Shown: in pieces, positions 45,823 through 53,468 of the stretch | Position numbering within the stretch: position 1 is the stretch's first letter | Layout: each line of letters starts with the position of its first letter | IMG/VR virus record: IMGVR_UViG_3300024518_000036 | Reading direction: 5' to 3' (one strand) | DNA: 64,000 bases | DNA from: an uncultured virus (IMG/VR IMGVR_UViG_3300024518_000036) | Lineage: Duplodnaviria; Heunggongvirae; Uroviricota; Caudoviricetes | The notes under the pieces: generated by a model | Database searches by the model: none | What the model was told of the DNA's origin: nothing | What the model saw: the letters and a program-made list of their open reading frames with translations, nothing else | Translations under genes and position numbers: made by a program

Positions 45823-46827
45823 CTACTTGACCCGGAACGGTGAAGGAAGGTGGAAGGAGCTTGTCTTTTCTAGTGTTTGTGTCGCATTGCCCCACCGGCT
45901 CATGACACTTCCTTTGTCCTCCCAAAGCCCCTTGCCCCTTACCCAGTCCAGTAGAATCTGTGTGCCCACCGAAACAGCTACGCCTGTTGCAACGGCCCCC
46001 GTGATCTTCGTCCAGTTAAGTGCTTCATCAGCAGCTTCCGCCGCCACGCTCGCTCCGACAGCCGCGCTAACGCTGTTGTTTGCGCGAGCAAGCCCCCCAT
46101 ATGCTTGGGAATAAGCAGGGCTTCTCCTTTCCCTCCGGGGCAGCTTCGATCTCTTGTACCCAAGAGGTGCTGGCTTGAGCCGCACGACGCGAGCTGGCCC
46201 TTTGCGCCTTTTTGCCATCTCAGGGAGATAGCGTGCGTCGCCACTTATGACATCCCAGCCGAGGGGGACACCTTCGACGGTCGGCTCTGCGAAGTACCAC
46301 TTAGACGGGTGGAAGGGCCGATCCCCAACCATCGCGTAGATATGAGCCCATCTCGTGTTCTGGGGAATGGGGTCGCCTTGGATGTAACGAACCTTCTGCC
46401 CGGTCACCTTGTCACGACCGGAAAGGACCAGCTTCCAGGGCAATCCCACGCTCTCGAAAAGCGCCCCCAACACGAGCACCTGGTCATCGCAATCGCCAAA
46501 GCCAGCCTTAATCGTCCACAATGGATCGGCCAGCCGCTCTCCGGGCTCGTTGACGTAGTAGATGTTCTCCGGGTTTTGTACCCACTTCAAGATAGCTGCT
46601 GCCTGCTTCTTGTACTGACGAGGCCGAGCCGGAGATTTCTTCAGTATCTTCAGCGCGAGCGTTGCAATTCGAGGGTCCCTGCCCCTCATCACTGCAATCT
46701 GGCGGATGACGACCAGGCGTTCTGGGTGAGAAAGGGAGTGCCAGTCAGGCAGGTGGTAGACCTTCGCGGAGCCCAGATTCAGCTCTTTGGCGTTGGTCTT
46801 GAGCTTATGGACTGGCAGACGGGCCAC
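45823..46827 (-). CDS. Transglutaminase-like cysteine protease with C-terminal hydrophobic helix
   Basis: YVNEP...P..TIK.GFGDCDD (Cys), WAHIYAMV (His), WYFAEPT (acid); AGGAGGT RBS. Confidence 0.85.
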   Translation of the reverse strand: MARLPVHKLKTNAKELNLGSAKVYHLPDWHSLSHPERLVVIRQIAVMRGRDPRIATLALKILKKSPARPRQYKKQAAAILKWVQNPENIYYVNEPGERLADPLWTIKAGFGDCDDQVLVLGALFESVGLPWKLVLSGRDKVTGQKVRYIQGDPIPQNTRWAHIYAMVGDRPFHPSKWYFAEPTVEGVPLGWDVISGDARYLPEMAKRRKGPARVVRLKPAPLGYKRSKLPRRERRSPAYSQAYGGLARANNSVSAAVGASVAAEAADEALNWTKITGAVATGVAVSVGTQILLDWVRGKGLWEDKGSVMSRWGNATQTLEKTSSFHLPSPFRVK

Positions 46828-46847
46828 TCGACCTCCTACTGGCGCTT

Positions 46848-46892
46848 ACTCTACCCCGGAAGGAGAGAAGGAGACCGCACATGAGGTGCTAC
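46848..46892 (-). promoter_or_regulatory. GTAGCACCTC box plus -10 (TAGAGT)
   Basis: 39-nt spacing. Confidence 0.6.
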
Positions 46893-46900
46893 AGGTAGAG

Positions 46901-47398
46901 CTACTTCGCTCCTGGCTGAGCGCCCTCGCCATCACCGATCTCTCCGTCGTGCGGAAGAAGAAGCTCCTCTTCCTCTTCCTCTTCCTCTTCCTCTTCGGCC
47001 TCCCCCTCGTCTGGCAGCTCGTTGAGACCAAGCATCTCGCGCATCTCGTTTACGCTGTCGATGATGTCTCCTGAGTCCGAGACGTAGACGGTGTCGTCGA
47101 CATCAGGGAGGTACACGGGCGTGGCCTGCTCCAGGGAATGAAACTGGGCCTCGACCTGGATGTAGACAGCATAGCGCTGGACCTCCCGAACCTCGGGAGG
47201 AAACTGAGCGACCAGCCCGTCAACCATCGCTTCCTTCACCTGCTGAATAAGGACCCACTTCGGGTTGTACTGGCGGCGAGTCATGCGAATCTTGGTCCAT
47301 CCGACAGGAAGATCCCCCAGCTCGTCAGAGTTGTCTTCCGTCCCGCCGGGCTCGACGACTCCGGTCATTGCGCACTCATACTCGTATTGGGTGTTCAT
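46901..47398 (-). CDS. Acidic hypothetical protein with poly-Glu tail
   Basis: AAAGGAG RBS. Confidence 0.75.
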   Translation of the reverse strand: MNTQYEYECAMTGVVEPGGTEDNSDELGDLPVGWTKIRMTRRQYNPKWVLIQQVKEAMVDGLVAQFPPEVREVQRYAVYIQVEAQFHSLEQATPVYLPDVDDTVYVSDSGDIIDSVNEMREMLGLNELPDEGEAEEEEEEEEEEELLLPHDGEIGDGEGAQPGAK

Positions 47399-47399
47399 C

Positions 47400-48026
47400 T
47401 CAGCTCCTTTTCCACTTCGTGGAGTAGTCATAGGTTCCTGCCAGGTCGGGAAAGCCCATGTGGCTCACCTGCACCATGTTGACTGCAACGCGGTCGATGT
47501 AGTCGAGGTACTCCTCTCGCGAGTCGTAGTTACGCTCGATGACACCCTGCTTTTCGATCAGAGCCCTTTCCACAAGCCGCTGGAGGCTCTTGGTCTCGTA
47601 AGCCATCACCAGAACAGGGATAGGCCATCGACCCTGCCCCAGGTCTTGCATAGCGCGAAGACGGTCTGGCTGCTCCACCCCGGGCTCCTCGAAGTTCTCC
47701 GTCCAGAGCGAACAAAACCCCACAAAGTGCTCCCACGCAGCCTCGCGCTGTTCTGCGCTTAGCTCGTGCAGCTTCATGCCCCGCGCAGCCCACGCACCGT
47801 CGTTGGTGGGCTCAGGAACAATCGACTCCCCCGGGCTGGCCCAACCAGGGACTACCTCGGGAGCTATCGTAGGGACTACCGTGAGAGGAGGGTTGATCTC
47901 ACCTACAGCTTCAAGAGCTGCGAGGTCAGAAGGAAGAGCTGCGAGGTCAGAAGGAATGAAGGCAGTGCCTTCGTGGAACAGAGCTTGAAACTCGGACAGC
48001 GTGCCCTTGAACGTGATCTCCATCAC
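47400..48026 (-). CDS. Hypothetical protein (contains a 21-bp duplication, PSDLAAL x2)
   Basis: Coupled ORF; repeat at 47913-47954. Confidence 0.75.
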   Translation of the reverse strand: MMEITFKGTLSEFQALFHEGTAFIPSDLAALPSDLAALEAVGEINPPLTVVPTIAPEVVPGWASPGESIVPEPTNDGAWAARGMKLHELSAEQREAAWEHFVGFCSLWTENFEEPGVEQPDRLRAMQDLGQGRWPIPVLVMAYETKSLQRLVERALIEKQGVIERNYDSREEYLDYIDRVAVNMVQVSHMGFPDLAGTYDYSTKWKRS

Positions 48027-50941
48027 TCGTCACCTCCCTCATCATCACCAGCGGCGTCGACATCTTCGAGTCTCGGGGGCTCATCCCCCTTGACATCTGG
48101 CCACCCGGGTGGGATATCGGCCTCGGCCAGCGCGTTCGCCTCAGTCTGGTTCCTGACAGTGGCCTCTGACATAAGGCGAACCAGATCGGCCTCGTCGTAG
48201 GGGACATCATCTGGGATAAGACCAGACTTCTTCATCGCTTCCACCGTGCGCTCTATCACCGCAGGAGCGACCTTCGCCTCTGCAAGGGCTGCATAGACGG
48301 TGACAGTCTTCAAGTACTCGTAGATGACAGGCTGCTTGACGATGGCTTCAGTGATGACGCCTATCCACTCGTCCTCGTTTGCAGCCTCAAGGCGCGGTAT
48401 GAGATCGCGGAGGGCGCGACGTGCGGTCCGCTGGGCCGAGAACTTCATGCCAGCAACCTTGGCGCGCTTGACTGTGTTGACCTCAGCGGCAGCCAACAGC
48501 TCGGCAGACGGCTCTGCGGTGAAGCCGGGGGCTGAAGCCGGAGCGGCACGCCTGGGTTGGGCTGCGTGCGGTGTCTCATCGTCCTCCAGCTCGTCCATCT
48601 CCGGCATGAACCCCGAAGTCGGCAGGTCTGACGGGAAGTCGTCGTCGGGGGGCTGGTGGGCGGGGATCGGAATCCCTGCTTGCGCTCTCTGTGCCTGAAG
48701 ATGGGCCAGAGCATCGGCCGATATCATCTTGACTCCGTCTGGCGTCTGGATAGCAATCATCTTCGGCTTCGGCTGCGCCTCTGTTTCGGCACGGCGGCGA
48801 CGTCCTTGCGGCTCTGGCGGAGGTCCTGCCTTCTGGCCCAGGGTCTTGGCCCCAACCTCGGCGACCGCAGCCAAGACCTTCGGAATGGCATCAGCCCAGC
48901 CACCCTCACCCTCAGCACCTGCTCCACCGAAGATACGTGAGAGCACCTCGGGTGTCTCCATGCCAAGCATCTCGGTGATGCCAGAGATACCACCGGTCCG
49001 CTCCATCTTGGTCATCTGAAGCATCCGTTCAGCATGTTCGCGGTCACGCTCCTTGCTCAGCTCCATCTCTCGAACCTGAAGGTCGTGCTGACGCTGCCGG
49101 TCCCTTTCAGCATGCTCTCTCCCGTCCCTGTCAGCCTTTTCCCGCTGCAACGACGCTTCCCGCTGGGCATCCCTTTCCAAGCGAGCCATCTCTCCCATAC
49201 GCTCCGCGTGCTCACGGTCTCGTTGGGCGTTCATCTCCATGGTCTTCATCTGAAGCTGCATCTCTTCGCGGCGGCGGGCAGCATCCTGCTGCGTCTCCTC
49301 GCGGCGACGTTCTGTCTCGCGCGCTAGCTCGTCCCGGCGAAGGGACTCCCTCCGCTCCCATTCTCGGCGCTCTTCTTCTCGCTTCCTCTCTGACTCCTGC
49401 CGTTCTCTTTCCCACCGCTCACGGTCGGCCCGGTCTCGGCGCTCTCTCTCTTCTCTCTCCGCCAAGATCTTGCGCTCGAAGCCCTTCTCCCTCCGATCCC
49501 TTTCTTCTTTGGCCCCGTCCTCTCGACGCACGCGCTCCTCGCGCTCCAGCACTGCCTTCCGCTCGAACTCCATCTTCTCGCGCTCAAGTCGTGTGCGGGC
49601 CTCTTCCTTCTCCTGCTCACGACGTGATTCCATCTCGGATTCACGCCGTTGAGCGTCGAGCCGCAGCTGCTCCGACTCGTGCTTGCGGGCTTCTTCCCAC
49701 CGCCGCTGGTCATTCGTCAACCGCTCGCGCTCCTCGATACGCTTGCGTTCCCAGTCCTCACCGTCTGCGCGACGGCGTCGGTCGGACTCATCGCGCTCCT
49801 TGAGCCGCTGTGACTCCCACTCTTCCTTTTCCGCACGGCGCTTCGCTTCAGCCTCATCGCGCTCCGCCCGGCGTCGCGTTTCAGCCTCTTCCCGTTCACG
49901 AGACCGGCGAGACTCCGTCTCCTGCCGTTGACGATCGAAGAACTCCCTGTCTTGCTGCATTCGGGAGGCGTCGGCCTCCCTCTGACGGTCGTGCTGCTGT
50001 CGGCCAGCCTCCTGCTGTTGCGAGAAGACCGTGGTGAGTGTGCCCATCAGCACCTCACTGTGCTGCTTCTGCGACTGCATGGCCTCGTCGGAACGGGACC
50101 GGTCGGAGGTCATGAGCCTTTCCATCATCTTCTCGACCGTTCCAGCCGAGCGTTCAGCCATGCTGACTCGCTCCTCTGTTCGGCGGGATTCTTCCGTGCG
50201 AAGACGGTCACGTTCCGACTCCAAGGTGTCCCGGAGGGCTCGATTCTGATCTTCGGCAGACTCCACAGCCTGCTCGAACATGCGACCCATCTCTTCCGCG
50301 TAGGAGGCACCGGCCTGGTCGTAGCCTTGACCGCCACCGCCATGAACATGGACGTCTCCACCACCTCGACCCCAGCCCCCTCCGCCGTTCATCTTCTCCT
50401 CCTCTTCTCGTCTCTTCAGGTCACGAAGCTGTCGCAGCGTGGCGTGGTGCTCTGAGATGTTGATGGTGAACTCCTTTCCAAGTTCTTGGCCGCGAATGTC
50501 AATGGGACGCATACGAAACTGGTAGTTACCCTGCCCCGCTCTCGGCATGGCTGACATGAAGGAGCGGACGAAGTCCTCCTCTGTGGCCTCAGCATCAATG
50601 GCACCAAGGCCTACAGGAACTCCGTTCTCCCAGCGCCACACTCGATACTGGACCGCTGTAGGAAACTGAGCTGCCGACGAGTAGAGCTTCGGGCTGGTTG
50701 CACGACCGAAGGGCTGGGCCTCCTCCCCGAACCCGAGATCGACCGATCGCGGTTTGGCTCCGAGTAGAGGAGGCTCTGCAAGAGTCTCAACATCGGGGTT
50801 GTTGAGGTCTGCAATGTCGGGATCGTCGAAGTCGTCGTACACGTCCTCACTTTCGTTGTGCAGACCTGGCAGAGCAGCTCCCTGAAGGGCCGAAAGCTCC
50901 GCTGCCTCCTCGTAAGGCGTCTCTTCCCGTCGTCCAGCCAT
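48023..50941 (-). CDS. 972-aa protein with a very long Glu/Arg-rich helical rod
   Basis: About 400 aa E/R-rich segment between globular ends; GGAGGT RBS. Confidence 0.85.
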   Translation of the reverse strand: MAGRREETPYEEAAELSALQGAALPGLHNESEDVYDDFDDPDIADLNNPDVETLAEPPLLGAKPRSVDLGFGEEAQPFGRATSPKLYSSAAQFPTAVQYRVWRWENGVPVGLGAIDAEATEEDFVRSFMSAMPRAGQGNYQFRMRPIDIRGQELGKEFTINISEHHATLRQLRDLKRREEEEKMNGGGGWGRGGGDVHVHGGGGQGYDQAGASYAEEMGRMFEQAVESAEDQNRALRDTLESERDRLRTEESRRTEERVSMAERSAGTVEKMMERLMTSDRSRSDEAMQSQKQHSEVLMGTLTTVFSQQQEAGRQQHDRQREADASRMQQDREFFDRQRQETESRRSREREEAETRRRAERDEAEAKRRAEKEEWESQRLKERDESDRRRRADGEDWERKRIEERERLTNDQRRWEEARKHESEQLRLDAQRRESEMESRREQEKEEARTRLEREKMEFERKAVLEREERVRREDGAKEERDRREKGFERKILAEREERERRDRADRERWERERQESERKREEERREWERRESLRRDELARETERRREETQQDAARRREEMQLQMKTMEMNAQRDREHAERMGEMARLERDAQREASLQREKADRDGREHAERDRQRQHDLQVREMELSKERDREHAERMLQMTKMERTGGISGITEMLGMETPEVLSRIFGGAGAEGEGGWADAIPKVLAAVAEVGAKTLGQKAGPPPEPQGRRRRAETEAQPKPKMIAIQTPDGVKMISADALAHLQAQRAQAGIPIPAHQPPDDDFPSDLPTSGFMPEMDELEDDETPHAAQPRRAAPASAPGFTAEPSAELLAAAEVNTVKRAKVAGMKFSAQRTARRALRDLIPRLEAANEDEWIGVITEAIVKQPVIYEYLKTVTVYAALAEAKVAPAVIERTVEAMKKSGLIPDDVPYDEADLVRLMSEATVRNQTEANALAEADIPPGWPDVKGDEPPRLEDVDAAGDDEGGDE

Positions 50942-51141
50942 TTAGACCTCCATGATGAAGGGGATTTAGTCACCCACTCCCTGCGCGGCCAGGCTCGCGA
51001 CCCTTAATTGAGGTTTGTTCATAAATACGACCGCGCAAAACGCAGGCTCGACCGTATAGTAGGAGTGATAAAAGATGGGCCGACATCCCACCCACCGTGA
51101 AATATGTGATTATGCACACCCGTAGAGAAAAGGAGCTGCAC

Positions 51142-51669
51142 ATGCCAGACGACCCTCGAAGACTGTCAGACATGGCCAAGGTCATTCGGCGAACCGGACT
51201 CCCCGTCCGTCGCGGTCAGCCCAAGCGCAAGCTACGGGACGCGATGCACAACGAGAAAGGGACCGGAGATACAAAAGAGACTGGAACACCTGCCCCAATG
51301 TTCGGCGAAGCTCTGGACTCTTGGGAACCCCGCTTCCGCGAACCCGAGGACAAGCAGCCAGCCGAGAGACGAGGGCGTCGTCGGGAGCGCAAGGAAGAGG
51401 AACCGGAGCCTCAACCAAAAAAAGGACCGGAGATACAATCTGTTGCGCCAGAGCCGGACAGCGGCTTCGAGGTGGAGACGCGCACCGTCAAGCGCATGAA
51501 GGAGTCGAAGGCTCGTCGCATGTCTCTGTCGGTCTCCATGAGCCCAGAAGAGGCTCGGATGTTGCGTATGCACGCTGCCAGCATGGACCTCTCATTCTCG
51601 TCCTGGGCACGGAACACGCTGTTCCGAGCGATGGGACGCAAGACGCCTGCTCGTCCGAAAAGGGACTAG
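51142..51669 (+). CDS. Disordered N-terminus plus C-terminal RHH DNA-binding domain
   Basis: SLSVSMSPEEARMLRMHAASMDLSFSSWARNTL; AAGGAG RBS. Confidence 0.75.
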   Translation: MPDDPRRLSDMAKVIRRTGLPVRRGQPKRKLRDAMHNEKGTGDTKETGTPAPMFGEALDSWEPRFREPEDKQPAERRGRRRERKEEEPEPQPKKGPEIQSVAPEPDSGFEVETRTVKRMKESKARRMSLSVSMSPEEARMLRMHAASMDLSFSSWARNTLFRAMGRKTPARPKRD

Positions 51670-51678
51670 CTATCGTCA

Positions 51679-52149
51679 TCACTCCTCCTCACCGAGCGCG
51701 CTGAGAGCAAGGATTTCCAGAGGAAACGAGGTGAGAACGTCACCGTGGGCAACATGATTCACGAAAGGAACCCCCAACTCCGTGGCGTAATCTACGGCCT
51801 CCGTCAAGAGCCTCGCACTTGGCTTCTTTCCGGAGACGTGGCCCCAAGAAAGGGACAAGCGGTAGGTGTAAACACCGTCCTTCTTTCTCGGCTTCGCCTC
51901 GTACATCTTTATGGCCCACACCGGAACGGAGAACCCCCTGCCTGTTGCTGCCATACGGTTGCCCGCCCGGCCCACCGTCACTACTTGCAAGCGTTTTTCT
52001 AGTTTTCCCACCCTTGACACAGCTCCTTTCAGGGGTAAAGCTCTCCTCGACAGTTCCACTGTCCTCGTTGAATCCTGTGCTGCCCTCGTCTCGGCTTCCC
52101 ACTCCTGGGTGCCGGGGCGAGGGCTCTTTTCGTTGATGTTGTTGAACAT
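51679..52149 (-). CDS. Hypothetical protein
   Basis: TGATG coupling; ends FPLEILA. Confidence 0.65.
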   Translation of the reverse strand: MFNNINEKSPRPGTQEWEAETRAAQDSTRTVELSRRALPLKGAVSRVGKLEKRLQVVTVGRAGNRMAATGRGFSVPVWAIKMYEAKPRKKDGVYTYRLSLSWGHVSGKKPSARLLTEAVDYATELGVPFVNHVAHGDVLTSFPLEILALSALGEEE

Positions 52150-52562
52150 CAGGTCTTCTCCTTCTTCCGCACCTTGTGTCGGTGCCGTGCGTTCCTGTTG
52201 CTACAGGTACGAGAGCAGTACTTGCTGCTGCTTCTCGCCCTGTTCTTGCAGTCCTTCCAAGCACACTGCTCGGCCAAATGAGCTTTCTCTTCCGCCTCCT
52301 TTCTTGCCTTCTTCCTCTCCACAGCCCTTCGCCGTCTCCGAGCCCTCACCTCCTCAAGACGCGCTTCAGCAGCTCCCCACTGGCGGTCGTACTCTTCTCG
52401 GATGGCTTCGCCGTACAGGCGCTTGCCACACATGCAGGCGAAGATCCGGTCGTCCCACTGCCCTTCCCTCGAATAAGAGGCTGTGTTGGAGCGGGTAATG
52501 CCGTAGCTCGACGCGCTTCCGCACTTCGGACAAGCAAACCGGAAACTGCTAGCGTCAACCAT
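52149..52562 (-). CDS. Zinc-finger protein (zinc ribbon plus CGNR-like finger)
   Basis: CPKCG...CMCG; C...C...KYCSRTCSNR. Confidence 0.7.
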   Translation of the reverse strand: MVDASSFRFACPKCGSASSYGITRSNTASYSREGQWDDRIFACMCGKRLYGEAIREEYDRQWGAAEARLEEVRARRRRRAVERKKARKEAEEKAHLAEQCAWKDCKNRARSSSKYCSRTCSNRNARHRHKVRKKEKT

Positions 52563-52938
52563 CGGTCTCTCCTACCTCTGCCAGCATCTGCACACCGCCT
52601 TCCGCAAACGCCTCAAAAGAGAACGGACCCACGTTGGGTGACTCTACCAAGACCGTCTGCTCTACTGCATCCACAGTGACGACTTGCCAGACGTCACTGT
52701 GGCGACTGAGGCCAATCCCGTACCCCGTAACGCCCAGCCAGGGGTCTCCGGCGTTACGGTCGGCTCCTACCAACTCGCAGAAAAGGATCCGCGCCAGGTA
52801 CTCAGAGTCATCCCACCGATCCCGCCCTCGTCGAAGGCCAGCCTGCACATCTGCTACCAAATCAGATGCGCCCCAGTGCGTGTAGAACCAGACTTCGCCT
52901 TCCTCATTGATGAATCTCACTTGTCCTCGATCTCCCAT
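52555..52938 (-). CDS. Phage-type hypothetical protein
   Basis: MGDRG...FYTHWGA...RWDDSEYLARILF. Confidence 0.7.
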   Translation of the reverse strand: MGDRGQVRFINEEGEVWFYTHWGASDLVADVQAGLRRGRDRWDDSEYLARILFCELVGADRNAGDPWLGVTGYGIGLSRHSDVWQVVTVDAVEQTVLVESPNVGPFSFEAFAEGGVQMLAEVGETDG

Positions 52939-52939
52939 C

Positions 52940-53182
52940 TCACTTCTCCTCGGTTGTTGACGCCACTGCGATTGCAGGGCTTGCGAAGGGGCACGCAGGG
53001 CACCCCAAGTAGTGTGTGACTCCCGCAGCTCCTTTCAGCAGCGGGTGCTTCACGGCGACCTTCACGTCGCAAAGCTCTGCTCCGCAGTTGGGACAAGGGG
53101 GAGCATCGTCGCCCGCCCTTTCCCAAGTAGGAGTCCCCGTCGGCTCGCCGGTCGAACCAAGGCCATAATCACGAAGGCTCAT
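52940..53182 (-). CDS. Small zinc-ribbon protein
   Basis: CPNCG...CPAC; GGAG RBS. Confidence 0.65.
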   Translation of the reverse strand: MSLRDYGLGSTGEPTGTPTWERAGDDAPPCPNCGAELCDVKVAVKHPLLKGAAGVTHYLGCPACPFASPAIAVASTTEEK

Positions 53183-53468
53183 CGGATTCTCCACTCGCAG
53201 GCTGGTCCTGGTGCAACACGTCGTACATGGTCTGCAACATCTCCTTGAGGATGCGCAGATCCCCAATGATGTCGTCAATGTGCTCAATGACCAGGGGAAC
53301 GTGCTTCGTGATGTTTCGAGTCTGCCCAGCCGGGGTCTTGACGATCAGCTCCGTTTCCCCATCACAGTCGCCGCAGTCAGGCTGGTCCTGGTGCAACACG
53401 TCGTACATGGTCTGCAACATCTCCTTGAGGATGCGCAGATCCCCAACGTCCACTTCTCTACTTGTCAT
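53169..53468 (-). CDS. Hypothetical protein with internal duplication
   Basis: GDLRILKEMLQTMYDVLHQDQP occurs twice. Confidence 0.6.
   Translation of the reverse strand: MTSREVDVGDLRILKEMLQTMYDVLHQDQPDCGDCDGETELIVKTPAGQTRNITKHVPLVIEHIDDIIGDLRILKEMLQTMYDVLHQDQPASGESDEPS
53198..53446. repeat. Exact 69-bp direct repeat (53198-53266, 53378-53446)
   Basis: Read directly; offset 180 bp. Confidence 0.95.

Noticed and set aside
1745..46892. GTAGCACTC as a CIRCE (HrcA) operator
   Set aside because: It matches one arm, but no TTAGCACTC-N9-GAGTGCTAA inverted pair exists; sites are mostly single and oriented with the gene
31859..46997. (GAGGAA)n tracts near 31860, 38470 and 46965 as DNA-level elements
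   Set aside because: Explained by poly-Glu coding tails
53198..53446. 69-bp repeat as a DGR template/variable pair
   Set aside because: Copies are identical with no adenine-specific changes, and no reverse transcriptase is in the window
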